From: an uncultured Gemmatimonadales bacterium
GTDB lineage: Bacteria; Gemmatimonadota; Gemmatimonadetes; Longimicrobiales; RSA9
Length of the DNA: 64,000 nt
Assembly: GCA_963708135.1 (NCBI GenBank)
Contig: OY970192.1
Span: forward strand, 2,752,001-2,816,000
Reading direction: 5' to 3'
Shown here in pieces: positions 28,734 through 38,492 of the stretch; position 1 is the stretch's first letter, and each line of letters opens with the position of its first letter. Below the pieces are notes generated by a model that did not search any database, had not been told where the DNA came from, and saw only the letters and a list, made by a program, of their open reading frames with translations. A program made the position numbers and the translations under genes.

Positions 28734-31700
28734 ATGTCAAAGGGAATCGCTCGACGCCGGGCCAGCGTCTACGGCGGGATCCGGATCCTCACGCTCGGGG
28801 CCATCCTCCTCCTCGCGGCGCGCCCCGCCTCGGCCGCCACGGGCGGCCCGGGCGTCGCGGGGCGCGCCCACCGGGACGTTCTGCCGACCGTCACGGCAAC
28901 CAACTCGCCCATGACCGTGCCGCCCAACACGGGCGGCCACGGCGCGACGTTCCAGATCGACAACAGCGGCAATCCCACCACGACGTACGACCTGGGCTGC
29001 TCCTTCGTCGCGCCCGTCACATCCTGTTCGGTTCAGAGCTCGATCACGATCCCGGCCGGCGGCTCGGCCAATGTGAGCATCACGTACGCGGTCGGCTCGA
29101 GCCCCAGCAGCGGATACGTGACGCTCAGCGTCGCCACCCAGGGCGCCTCGCCGGCACGGATCTCGCCCAACCTCCCACCGCCCGCCGAGTACACGAACTG
29201 TTACGTCAACCTCCAGCAGGTGAATCCGCAGGGCGCCCCCACCGTGGATGTCTCGTCGGTCAATCCCGGCTCCCTCACCGACCGCGGTTCCTGCGTGACC
29301 GTGGGCGCCGGCCCGGCGGGCGCTTCCCAGTGCGGCGAGCTGCTCCTCGCCCAGAAGATGCCCGCCTACCGCACGATGAACCGGGACCGCGCCCTCGGGC
29401 TCGTCTACACCAGCGGCACGGCCAAGCCCTACCCGATCGTGCTGGCGAACGTGAGCGTTCCCTCGGGGCTCCAGGGGCCCGACAGCGTGCGCGCGACGCT
29501 CGTGGTGGACGGGACCACCCGCGCCGTGCGCTGGTTCTCGGCTTCGGGCTTCACGCCCGGCGGCGCCGCCCGCCGCATCGCCGTCGGCTTCGACGCGGCC
29601 GCGGCCGGTCTCGGCACCGGCCTGCACGCGTACACGCTCTCCGTGGCCGATGCCTATGCGAACACGGTCTGCGGCGGCTGTCAGACCAGCCAGAGCGGCG
29701 ACCTCGTGGTCGTCAACCGCTCGGGCAGCCTCTATGGAGCCGGGTGGAGCGTGGCCGGCGTCGAGGCGCTCTATCCGAACCAGCGCTCCGGCACGGCCGT
29801 CATGCTCGTCGAGGGTGACGGCAGCGCCGCCGTGTACGAGTCGATCGGCAACAACGCGTATTGCGCCCCGGCCGGCGCCTATCGGGACACGATCTTCTAC
29901 GAGACCGCCGTCGACCCGAGCGGCAGCTCGACGACGCACTTCCGGCGCCGCCTCCTGGACGGCGCCCAGATCTACTTCAACACCGCGGGGCAGGAGACCT
30001 GGGTCCAAGATCGAGTCGGCAACAAGGTCCAGTACAGCTATACCGGTGGGGCGGGCACTGGACTCTCACAGGTGCGGATCTCGCCCTGGGACCAGAGCAA
30101 GACCTACAGCTTCGCCTACGGCAGCACGGGCGCGAAGTTGAGCGCGATCACGGATCCCGCCGCGCGGGCCATGAACGTGACCGTGGACGCCTCCGGGAAT
30201 CTGACCGATTTCTACCTCCCCGACCGGCCCGACTCCGCGATCGCGCTGACCTACAGCGGACACCTCCTCACGCGCTGGACCTCGCGCCTCGGACACGCGA
30301 CGAAGTACGCCTACACGGGCGAGACGGCGCTCCTCGCCGCCGACACCCTGCCGCAGGTCACGGCCGGAACGCCGGTCACGACGTTTACTCCTCTCCAGAG
30401 CCGCGGCCTTGCCACCCTTTCGAGCGGCCTCAACACCAGCTACGCGGCCGCGAGCGCCGACTTCGAGGTGCACGGGCCGCGCACGGACACCCTGCAGATC
30501 ACGAAGTTCTACCTGGACCGCTTCGGCGCACCGGATACGGTCATCGACGCCGTCGGGCACCGGACCGTGCTCGAGTACGACGCCGCTTTCCCGCTGCTGG
30601 CCAGAGAGGTCGACTGGCCGAACGGCCGCACCACCACGACCGCCTACGACGGCTCGGGCCGGGTCGCCTACGCTGCCGACCTCACCTCGAGCGCCGGCGC
30701 GGATTCCGTGACGTACGTTTACTCGACCGCGGCACGAGACAAACCATATCAGGTGAGCGTGCCCCGCGATGGCACCAGCCGCGACCTGACGACCTATACC
30801 TACAACGCCACGGACGGCACGCTGGACAACGTCGTGGACCCGCGCGGGCACGAGACCAGCTTCACGTACAACAGCCGCGGCCAGGTGGCGAGCGCGACCG
30901 AGCACTCCGTGCCCGTTTACGGCGCCGGCGTGCAGGATCTCACCACGATGCTCGGCAACGACGATTCCGGCACCGGCAACCTGCTCTCGAGCACCACGCC
31001 CGGCGGCGAAACCACGAGCTACGGCTACGACGCCTACGGGCTGTTGCGCCGCGTGAGCAACCCCGCCGGTGACAGCACCACGTTCGTGCACGACCTGCTC
31101 GGCAACGAGACCGAGATCGATCAGTACGAGGGCGTCTATCAGCGCCCCAGCCGCTTCACCTTCGACGCCGACGGCAACCGCGTCGGCGCCTCGGACCCGC
31201 GCCTGCTCGCCCGGATCTGGCAGTACAACGCCCTGGGCGAGGACACCGCGATGATCGACGCGAAGAACGCAACCCAGCTTCACGCCTACGACCTCGCCGG
31301 GAACCTCACCCTGGGCACGAACCGCGACGGCAGCACCGTCACGATCCACTACGACGGCGACAACCGGCCGAAGCAGCGGACCCTCTCGAACACCTACCAG
31401 GGCGGTGTCCTCGGGGTGCGCGGCACCACGATCAACCTCCAGTACGACGCCGCCGGCAACCCGACCGTGCTCGACGAGGACAGCTCCAAGGTCACCCGCA
31501 CCTTCAACCGGGAGGGCACCCTCGCCTCGAGCGTCCAGCTCCACAAGTGGTCGGGAACGACGCGGACGTACACGTCGGCCTACCAGTGGGCGGGCCGCCA
31601 CACGCTGACCACGCCGAAGGGGACCTACACCTCGATCTTCGGCCCGGGCGGGCTCGTCAGCCAGATCCAGACGCCGGCGGGCGAGGTGATCTCCTTCCAT

Positions 31701-33257
31701 TACGACGCGCTCGGCCGGCGCGACACGGTCTCGCTGCCCAACGGCACCAAGACGAGCTACGGCTACACCACGGACGGGCAGCTCGCGCGCGTCGTCTCGG
31801 TCAATGCGACGACGGGCTACACCCCCGTGGACCTCACCTTCGCCTACGACGCCGCGGGCCGGCCGGACTCGGTCGTGAACCGGGGCAGGGAGACGAACGG
31901 AGGGACGTGGGTCAGCCACTGGGCCTACGACCACCGGGGGAAGATCCGCTACACGGACCAGATGAAGAACGGCACCTACGCCTCCATGGACAGCCTGATC
32001 TACGATGCGGCCGGCAACCGCGTGAAGGAGTACCTGTGCGCCCGCGGCAGCCTGTGCGCCGACAGCGTGCTCTTCCAGCTCGACGGCCTCTCAAACGAGG
32101 TGACCCGCCGGACCCGCTACTACAGCGGCGTCTCCGGTCCGGAGAGCGTCAACTTCAGCTACGACGCGAACGGCAACGAGACGCTCGAGCAGGGCACCTA
32201 CGCCGGGACCGGCTACACCTGGCACCGCTACTACGACGCCGCCGGGCACCTGTCCGGCACGGCCGCCGGCACCGCCTTCTTCCGCTACGACGGCCTGGGC
32301 CGAAGGATCCGCGGCGCCTACGCACATTCGGGCGCCGAGACCTTCTACGACACCCAGAACGTGATCGAGCACGCGACGGTCGAGTTCGTGGATGGGCCCG
32401 GGCTGGACGATCCGCTCCTGATGTACGGCAACAGCGCCTGCCCGCTCGGCAGCCTGAGCGACGAGCGCGCGTATTTCGTCACCCACGGCGGCCGGCTCTT
32501 CAGCTTCCAGGGCCCGGGGGGCGAGAACTGCATCCAGGACACGAACGGCAACGAGCTCCAGGCCTGGAGCGTGTGGGGCTCGCAGTCGGGCGCGATCCGC
32601 GAGAGCTACAGCTTCGCCCCCGCCCGCAACGGCGACTCGAACGAGGAGACCGGCGCGTTCTTCCGCAACCGGTACTACGATGCCAGATTGGGGCGGTTCA
32701 CACAGGAAGACCCGATCGGGTACGCCGGCGGGCTCAACCTCTACAGCTACAACGGGGACAACCCGGCGAGCTATACGGATCCGTTTGGGCTCTGCCAGCC
32801 AATGCCGCAATGCTTGCAGGCCCAGTCCCTACTCGGGGTCAGTCGGTCGCCCGGCGTCTTGCTGCCCGGCTTGGCGCGATTCGGGGCGGCGCTCCGTCAA
32901 TTCGGCCGTGCCCACGGAGCCGAGCTGGCTCAAGCCGCTGCCGTGGTCCTGAGTGAGGGAATGTCCGCGGAGGGCGAGGAACTGCTATCCTCGGATAACC
33001 TGCTCGGGCGCAATCCTGTTCGCGCCGGCAACCGAATCAACACTGACCTGCCGGGCGGGCGGGCAGTGGCGAAGAGCATCTTCAGGAACCTCACAGAGGG
33101 GCAGTCGCTCATTCAGGAACCCCTGGGGAATGGTGGAGTGCGCCGCTTCTCTCCGAATGGCACCCAGATTCGTATGAACCCGGACGGCACGACTCGGCTT
33201 GACCTGCCCCGAGGGCCGCTCGGTCGAGAAACCATCCACTTCAATGACTTGTGGTGA
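28734..33257 (+). CDS. Rhs/YD-repeat polymorphic toxin 1 with N-terminal signal peptide
   Basis: Many YD repeats, RNRYYDARLGRFTQEDPIGYAGGLNLYSY...PASYTDPFGL core end, lower-GC C-terminal tip; Sec-like leader ending ARPASA. Confidence 0.93.
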   Translation: MSKGIARRRASVYGGIRILTLGAILLLAARPASAATGGPGVAGRAHRDVLPTVTATNSPMTVPPNTGGHGATFQIDNSGNPTTTYDLGCSFVAPVTSCSVQSSITIPAGGSANVSITYAVGSSPSSGYVTLSVATQGASPARISPNLPPPAEYTNCYVNLQQVNPQGAPTVDVSSVNPGSLTDRGSCVTVGAGPAGASQCGELLLAQKMPAYRTMNRDRALGLVYTSGTAKPYPIVLANVSVPSGLQGPDSVRATLVVDGTTRAVRWFSASGFTPGGAARRIAVGFDAAAAGLGTGLHAYTLSVADAYANTVCGGCQTSQSGDLVVVNRSGSLYGAGWSVAGVEALYPNQRSGTAVMLVEGDGSAAVYESIGNNAYCAPAGAYRDTIFYETAVDPSGSSTTHFRRRLLDGAQIYFNTAGQETWVQDRVGNKVQYSYTGGAGTGLSQVRISPWDQSKTYSFAYGSTGAKLSAITDPAARAMNVTVDASGNLTDFYLPDRPDSAIALTYSGHLLTRWTSRLGHATKYAYTGETALLAADTLPQVTAGTPVTTFTPLQSRGLATLSSGLNTSYAAASADFEVHGPRTDTLQITKFYLDRFGAPDTVIDAVGHRTVLEYDAAFPLLAREVDWPNGRTTTTAYDGSGRVAYAADLTSSAGADSVTYVYSTAARDKPYQVSVPRDGTSRDLTTYTYNATDGTLDNVVDPRGHETSFTYNSRGQVASATEHSVPVYGAGVQDLTTMLGNDDSGTGNLLSSTTPGGETTSYGYDAYGLLRRVSNPAGDSTTFVHDLLGNETEIDQYEGVYQRPSRFTFDADGNRVGASDPRLLARIWQYNALGEDTAMIDAKNATQLHAYDLAGNLTLGTNRDGSTVTIHYDGDNRPKQRTLSNTYQGGVLGVRGTTINLQYDAAGNPTVLDEDSSKVTRTFNREGTLASSVQLHKWSGTTRTYTSAYQWAGRHTLTTPKGTYTSIFGPGGLVSQIQTPAGEVISFHYDALGRRDTVSLPNGTKTSYGYTTDGQLARVVSVNATTGYTPVDLTFAYDAAGRPDSVVNRGRETNGGTWVSHWAYDHRGKIRYTDQMKNGTYASMDSLIYDAAGNRVKEYLCARGSLCADSVLFQLDGLSNEVTRRTRYYSGVSGPESVNFSYDANGNETLEQGTYAGTGYTWHRYYDAAGHLSGTAAGTAFFRYDGLGRRIRGAYAHSGAETFYDTQNVIEHATVEFVDGPGLDDPLLMYGNSACPLGSLSDERAYFVTHGGRLFSFQGPGGENCIQDTNGNELQAWSVWGSQSGAIRESYSFAPARNGDSNEETGAFFRNRYYDARLGRFTQEDPIGYAGGLNLYSYNGDNPASYTDPFGLCQPMPQCLQAQSLLGVSRSPGVLLPGLARFGAALRQFGRAHGAELAQAAAVVLSEGMSAEGEELLSSDNLLGRNPVRAGNRINTDLPGGRAVAKSIFRNLTEGQSLIQEPLGNGGVRRFSPNGTQIRMNPDGTTRLDLPRGPLGRETIHFNDLW

Positions 33258-33787
33258 TGCTGACTCACTATCTCTGCGCCGTCACCGCGTCAACGTTGGC
33301 CAACCTCGAACTGATGGCACTTGACTCGTGGAGTGCTGTTGACATGCTGAGGCCGGTTCAGCGGCCTTCTCTGGCTTCCGCGCGCACTGGCCGCGTTCGA
33401 GTTCGGGGCGGCGCAGAGTTCGTCATTACATCCGAGCCGGTTGAGTTGACGAAGAAGCTGGAAGTGTTTCGGCTCGGCGTGCGAGCACCGGACTTCTCAG
33501 CCGACAAGAGGTTTCGACCTCCGTCGTATGAGGAATCAAACGAAATGTGGAGTGCATTTCTCGGGCGACACCACCATCTTTACTTGCTGCGCCGCAGGGT
33601 CGCCGTTGATGCGCCCGCGGGGATTGGGTCTGTCGAGGTGGATGATGTTGCAATGTTTCGCGACCCGTCAGGTCAGCGCCTCTACATCGCGGCAGACACC
33701 GGGCAGCCGGGAGCAATTGTCGTATGTCGACAACCGGAGGACCTTCCGAATCCGGGTTCTGAGGTTGTGCGGATTCGCGCGCTTTAG
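33257..33787 (+). CDS. Candidate immunity protein for Rhs toxin 1
   Basis: TGATG overlap with the Rhs stop; lower GC like the toxin tip; no family recognised. Confidence 0.6.
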   Translation: MLTHYLCAVTASTLANLELMALDSWSAVDMLRPVQRPSLASARTGRVRVRGGAEFVITSEPVELTKKLEVFRLGVRAPDFSADKRFRPPSYEESNEMWSAFLGRHHHLYLLRRRVAVDAPAGIGSVEVDDVAMFRDPSGQRLYIAADTGQPGAIVVCRQPEDLPNPGSEVVRIRAL

Positions 33788-33879
33788 CGAGAAGAGGGCG
33801 TAGCCGCGAACGCTCGCGGCGATATCGCAAAACGAAGCGGCCTCGCCCAGCCGGAGCTGAGCGAGGCCCTGACGGCCCG

Positions 33880-35196
33880 GGCGTATGACGTCCGGGCTCG
33901 GATCCGCTACAGGGATCTCCAGAAGAACGGCACCGTCGCCTTGTTGGACAGCCTGGTCTACGACGAGGCGGGCAACCGCGTGAAGGAGTACCTCTGCCCG
34001 CGCGGAACGATCTGCGGCGAAAGCGTGCTCTACCGGATGGATGAGTTGTCGAACGAGACGATCCGGCGGGTCCGCTACTACAGCGGCATCTCCGGCCCGC
34101 ACACCCTCGCCTTCACCTACGACGCGAACGGCAACGAGACGCTCGAGCAGGGGAACTACGCCGGGACCTCCTACGCCTGGCACCGCTACTACAGCGCAGC
34201 CGGCCAGCTCTCCGGCACTCACCCCGATACCGCCTTCTTCCGCTACGACGGTCTGGGCGCCGGATCCGCGGCGCGTACGCCCACTCGGGCGTGGAAACGT
34301 TCTACGACGGTCAGAACGTGATCGAGCACGGCACGGTCGAGTTCGTGGACGGACCCGGGCTCGACGACCCCCTCATGATGTACGGCACCGCCGCCTGCCC
34401 GCTCGGCGGGACGGACGACCGGGCGTACTTCGTGACCTTCGGCGGCCGGCTCTTCAGCTTCCAGGGTCCGGGCGGCGAGAACTGCATCGAGAACTCGTCC
34501 GGCCAGGAATACATGGCGTGGAGCACGTGGGGCTCGCAGTCGGGCGCCATCCGCGAGAGCTACAGCTTCGCCCCGGCGCGCAACGGCGACTCGAACGACG
34601 AGACCGGCGCCTTCTTCCGCAACCGCTACTACGATGCGAGATTGGGACGGTTCACGCAGGAGGACCCGATCGGCTACGCCGGCGGGCTCAACCTGTACAG
34701 CTACAACGGGGACGACCCGGCCAGCTATACCGACCCGTTTGGGCTGTGCCCCTTCACCGGCTCAGACGCATCCTGCTACCAACTGTTGGCGAACTGGGGT
34801 GCAAGCACCGGGCGAGACTGGGCGGTGAACCTGGGCGCCGGGCTCGAGGCCTTCGCCGCCATTGGGAACGCCATTGAGGGTGTGGAATGTCACAACGGAG
34901 TCTGCAGTGCCTCAGGTCCTCCTGTGGTGCCCGCGCTTGGCGCTGGCGGCGGCGCCGTTGCTGGCAAAATTACCGGGTTCACCAAGCATGGATTAGAGCA
35001 AGCAATGGGGAGAGAAGGAGTTGGTGTTTCGAACGAATCTATTATTGATGCGGTGAGAAATCCACAACGGACGATTCAGCAAGCCAAGGGCGCCGTGACA
35101 TACGTCGGTGAGAATGCTACGGTTATTCTCAACAAAGCAGGTGAGGTCATAACCGCCTGGGCGCGCAATAGCGCTGCATGGAGGATTCAGCCGTGA
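33880..35196 (+). pseudogene. Orphan Rhs cassette 2 (core homology arm plus different toxin tip); frameshift near 34259
   Basis: Close paralogy to Rhs1 about 31925-32795 (YDEAGNRVKEYLC, AWSTWGSQSGAIRESYSF); tip ITGFTKHGLEQAMGR...ATVILNKAGEVITAW; no leader. Confidence 0.88.
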
Positions 35197-35444
35197 CACG
35201 TCGGTATGCGATGACCGATAAGTTCCTTTCCGACCTGATCGAGCAGGTGCTACGGTCGCGCCTCCAGGACCCCGTTGTACTGCTGAGCGCGTTGCGCCGG
35301 CAGCCACTCGGAGAGGACGACAGAGAGGAGATGCGAGGGGTTCTCGCCGACGAGCTGGTTGAAAACGGACTGGGCCCGGACGGTGAACCGAACGAGCGGG
35401 GAAATTTCATTGAAGCAGCTATTGACTGGCTCGGTCACCGCTAA
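35193..35444 (+). CDS. Candidate immunity protein for Rhs cassette 2
   Basis: GTGA overlap with the toxin stop, GGAGGA RBS; small acidic protein with GL..D.EPNERG..IE..ID. Confidence 0.75.
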   Translation: MTRRYAMTDKFLSDLIEQVLRSRLQDPVVLLSALRRQPLGEDDREEMRGVLADELVENGLGPDGEPNERGNFIEAAIDWLGHR

Positions 35445-35493
35445 CGCGGGCCAATCACCCGCATTCGTGCACGCCCTGCGGGGAGCCCGGCCG

Positions 35494-36928
35494 GAGCTAT
35501 TGTCAAATGTTGTGGATTGGGGTGATCAGGCGGCGCTCCTCCGCCCTTCTTGATCCTCCCTCTCTTGCATGATGCCGTCGGTGAACTGGACCTCCGCCCG
35601 AACGAGGGGGAGGAGGTGGGCGCCGTCGAGGCGCCGCCACCGCTGGCTGGCCATGTCCAGGAGCTTGTAGGCGAACACCAGCCCGCGCGTTCTCGAGCCC
35701 GCTCCCTTCGTCACCCGCTGCCGGAGCCGCACGGTCGCGAAGGTGCTCTCCACCGGATTGGTGGTGCGCAGATGCTTCCAGTGTTCGGCCGGGAAGTCGA
35801 AGAAGGCCAGGAGCTGGTCCTGGTCGCGCACGAGGGACGCCACCGCCTTGGGGTACTTGGCGCCGTACTCTTCGCGGAAGCGCTCAATCTCCTCCTGGGC
35901 CGCCGCGCGGCTCTCCGCGTTCATGATCTCGCGCAGATGCGCTTTCGCTTTCGGCTGGAGCCGCTTGGGCAGCTTGTCCAGCACGTTGGCCAGCCGGTGC
36001 ACCCAGCAGCGCTGCTCCCGCGTGTCGGGCCAGACGTCGCGCGCGGCCGCCCAGAAGCCGAGCGCGCCATCCCCTACGGCCAGGACGGGAGGGCGCATGC
36101 CGCGCCTCGTCAGATCGCGCAGGAGCGCCGCCCAGCTCTCCGTCGATTCGCGGTAGCCGTCCTCGATGGCCACGAGCTCCTTGGTCCCGTCCGGGCGCAC
36201 TCCGATCACGACGAGCGCACACAGGCGGTCCTCTTCCAGCCGGATCCGGAAATGCACCCCGTCCACCCAGACGTAGACGTAGTCTCGGTCCGAGAGATCG
36301 CGCCGCCGCCAGGCCCGGTACTCCTCCTCCCAAGCTCCAGTCAGGCGGCTGATGACGCTCGGCGACAGCCCCGCTGTGGCCTCCGCTCCGAGCAGCGCCC
36401 GCAGCGCCTCCTGAAAGTCCCCGGTCGAGAGCCCGCGCAAATAGAGCACCGGCAGCACCTCCGCCACCTTGGGACTGCGCCGCATGTACGGCGGCAGGAT
36501 CTCGCTCGTGAAGCGCTGGCGCGTCCCCTCCACCACCCGTCGGTCATTCACCCGCGGCGCGGCGACCTCCACCGTCCCGGCCCCGAGCGTCACGCGTCGC
36601 GGCCGCGCCTTCCCGTTGCGCACCACGAGCGCGTGTCCCGCCTCGTCCCGCTCGCCCCGGTAGCGCTCCACGTAGGCGGCCACCTCCGCCTCCAGCGCCA
36701 CCGCCAGCATCCGCCGCGCGCCCTCACGCGCGAGCTCGTCCAGCGTGAACTCCAGCCCCCCCGCTTGCTCCGCAGGGGCGTCCATGAATAGCTTCAGCAT
36801 GGGTGGCGTCTCCTTCCCCCCGCCGGCCAGCGGGGCTTCGCGTTTCGGTGAACGAACCAACGCGGAAGGATACGCCGCCTTTTTTCACCCCATCAAGTCA
36901 CGCGATCCACAACTTCTGAAAATACCTC
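35494..36928 (-). mobile_element. Intact IS256-family insertion sequence, 1435 bp
   Basis: 24-bp terminal inverted repeats matching at 20/24 (GAGCTATTGTCAAATGTTGTGGAT vs GAGGTATTTTCAGAAGTTGTGGAT); 9-bp TSD GCCCGGCCG at 35485-35493 and 36929-36937. Confidence 0.95.
35526..36800 (-). CDS. IS256 family (Mutator-type) transposase
   Basis: YVYVWVDG, LAVGDGALGFW, QRCWVH, HLRTTNPVES. Confidence 0.95.
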   Translation of the reverse strand: MLKLFMDAPAEQAGGLEFTLDELAREGARRMLAVALEAEVAAYVERYRGERDEAGHALVVRNGKARPRRVTLGAGTVEVAAPRVNDRRVVEGTRQRFTSEILPPYMRRSPKVAEVLPVLYLRGLSTGDFQEALRALLGAEATAGLSPSVISRLTGAWEEEYRAWRRRDLSDRDYVYVWVDGVHFRIRLEEDRLCALVVIGVRPDGTKELVAIEDGYRESTESWAALLRDLTRRGMRPPVLAVGDGALGFWAAARDVWPDTREQRCWVHRLANVLDKLPKRLQPKAKAHLREIMNAESRAAAQEEIERFREEYGAKYPKAVASLVRDQDQLLAFFDFPAEHWKHLRTTNPVESTFATVRLRQRVTKGAGSRTRGLVFAYKLLDMASQRWRRLDGAHLLPLVRAEVQFTDGIMQEREDQEGRRSAA

Positions 36929-36956
36929 GCCCGGCCGGTTGGCCGGGCTCTTCGTA

Positions 36957-37253
36957 TCAGGAGGCGTTCATGAGGCCGCGCTTGTCGAGGAGGGCCTCGA
37001 CGAAGGTGATGATGGCGCGCTGCTCGGCGGGGGGCAGATCGGCAGCAGCGCGCAGGCGCTCGAGGAGCCGACCGGCGCGGGGACTGGCCACCTCATCGCG
37101 CACAGGCTTCAGGCCGAGGAGCTCGTCGGCGCTGACGCCGAGGGCGCGGCAGAGGTCGGGGAGCATGGGTCCCGGGGGCTGGGCGTTGTCGGCCTCGTAG
37201 TAGGCGATGACGCGCTGAGAGACGCCCACGGCCTCGCCCAGCTTTTCCTGGGA
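36957..37253 (-). pseudogene. XRE-family HTH regulator, 5'-truncated by IS21
   Basis: SQEKLGEAVGVSQRVIAYYE....QPP...L..LCRALGVSADELLG; first helix missing at the IS boundary. Confidence 0.85.
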
Positions 37254-38438
37254 TGTAGGAGACACCGCCAGATTGCTTCTCTGGAGACATCCAGTTTTAC
37301 GCACCTGAGTTGACGGGACCCGCCGGAGCGGGTCCACTCCGGGTCGACACCGACCCGGAGCGAACGCGTGAAACTGAGCGAGGAGCAGATCACCGTGGCG
37401 AAAGGGATGAAGGAGCGAGGGACGTCGGTCCGCCAGCTCGCGAAACAGCTCGGGGTGACGGAAGGAGCGCTTCGATACCGGCTGGCGAAGGCGAGGGAGC
37501 GGACAGCGGACGGGCGCGCGCACCAGCCCACCGCAATGGACGGCTATGAGGAAGCCGTTGTGGCGATCCAGGAGCGTCTGAACGACGGGCGGCTGAGAGA
37601 GGACTGGGGCCGGCCGTGCCAGGTGCGGGAGATCTATGACGCGCTGGTGCGAGAGCACGGTTACCGAGGCAGCTATCAGGCAGTCGTGCGCCATCTCCGG
37701 CGGCGCCATGGGAGGCCGAAGGTGCGGGCGCTGCGGCGAGTCGAGACGCCCCCGGGGGTGCAGGCGCAACACGACTGGTTCGAGGTGCGAGTGCCGATCG
37801 GCGGCAAGCGCCGGAAGGTCCAGGCGTTCGTGGGCACGCTCTCCCATAGCCGGGCGCGCCTCTGCTGGGCGAGCTGGGATCAGGGTCAGTTGGCGTGGCA
37901 TACCGGGCATCTCGAGCTGTTCCGGCGCTATTGGGGCGTCCCGCTCTGGATCCGGATCGACAATCTGAAGACCGGCGTGGCCTCCGGGGCGGGAGGGAAT
38001 GCGGTGTTGAACCGGTCCTACGAGATTTTCGCCCGCACCTGCGGTTTCGAGGTTGACCCGTGCCGGTCTCGGAAGGGATCGGACAAGGGGAAGACGGAGC
38101 GGTCGGTGCGCACGTTCCGGGGCGCGTTCGGACGTACGCTTCGGAGCGGTGCCGGCTGCCTGGAGGAGCTTCAGCACCGGTTGGACGCCGACGCAGACGC
38201 GCTCCTGGATCGGCTCGAGTGCCCGGTGACCGGCACCTCCGTCCGGGAGGCCTGGCAGGTCGAGCGGGCGTTTCTCCAGCCCATGCCCCGCATGGCCGAT
38301 CCCTTCGACGTGGTAGTGAGCCGAAAGGTCCAGCGGGACTGCCTGGTCTCCCTCGAGGGTCGGCGCTACAGCGTGCCCTTCGCGTGGGTCGGCCGCTTGG
38401 TGGAGATCTGGGGCACCCTGAATCACGTGGTTATCCCG
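37254..38438 (+). mobile_element. IS21-family element, left end plus truncated istA
   Basis: End starts TGTAGGAGACACC at 37254 with an internal GGAGACA repeat; no istB downstream. Confidence 0.85.
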
Positions 38439-38456
38439 TGTCACGATCGGTTGTAA
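37368..38456 (+). pseudogene. istA: IS21 transposase IstA, C-terminally truncated (362 aa)
   Basis: RVETPPG.QAQHDW, RIDNLKT, KGKTERSV (DDE), RKVQRDCLVSLEGRRYSVP. Confidence 0.88.
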
Positions 38457-38492
38457 GCTGGACAGGTGCAGCGGTGTAGAAATGGACACTCC
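38439..38492 (+). mobile_element. Isolated end of a second IS21-like element
   Basis: TGTCA start and tandem CGGTTGTAAGCTGGACA / CGGTGTAGAAATGGACA repeats, at the istA/Rhs3 junction. Confidence 0.55.

Noticed and set aside
28734..29300. T6SS effector (PAAR/VgrG-linked Rhs)
   Set aside because: No PAAR motifs, chaperone or T6SS genes; the N-terminus looks like a Sec signal peptide.
36957..38489. 510-aa minus-strand protein
   Set aside because: Antisense of istA joined by chance to the XRE remnant.
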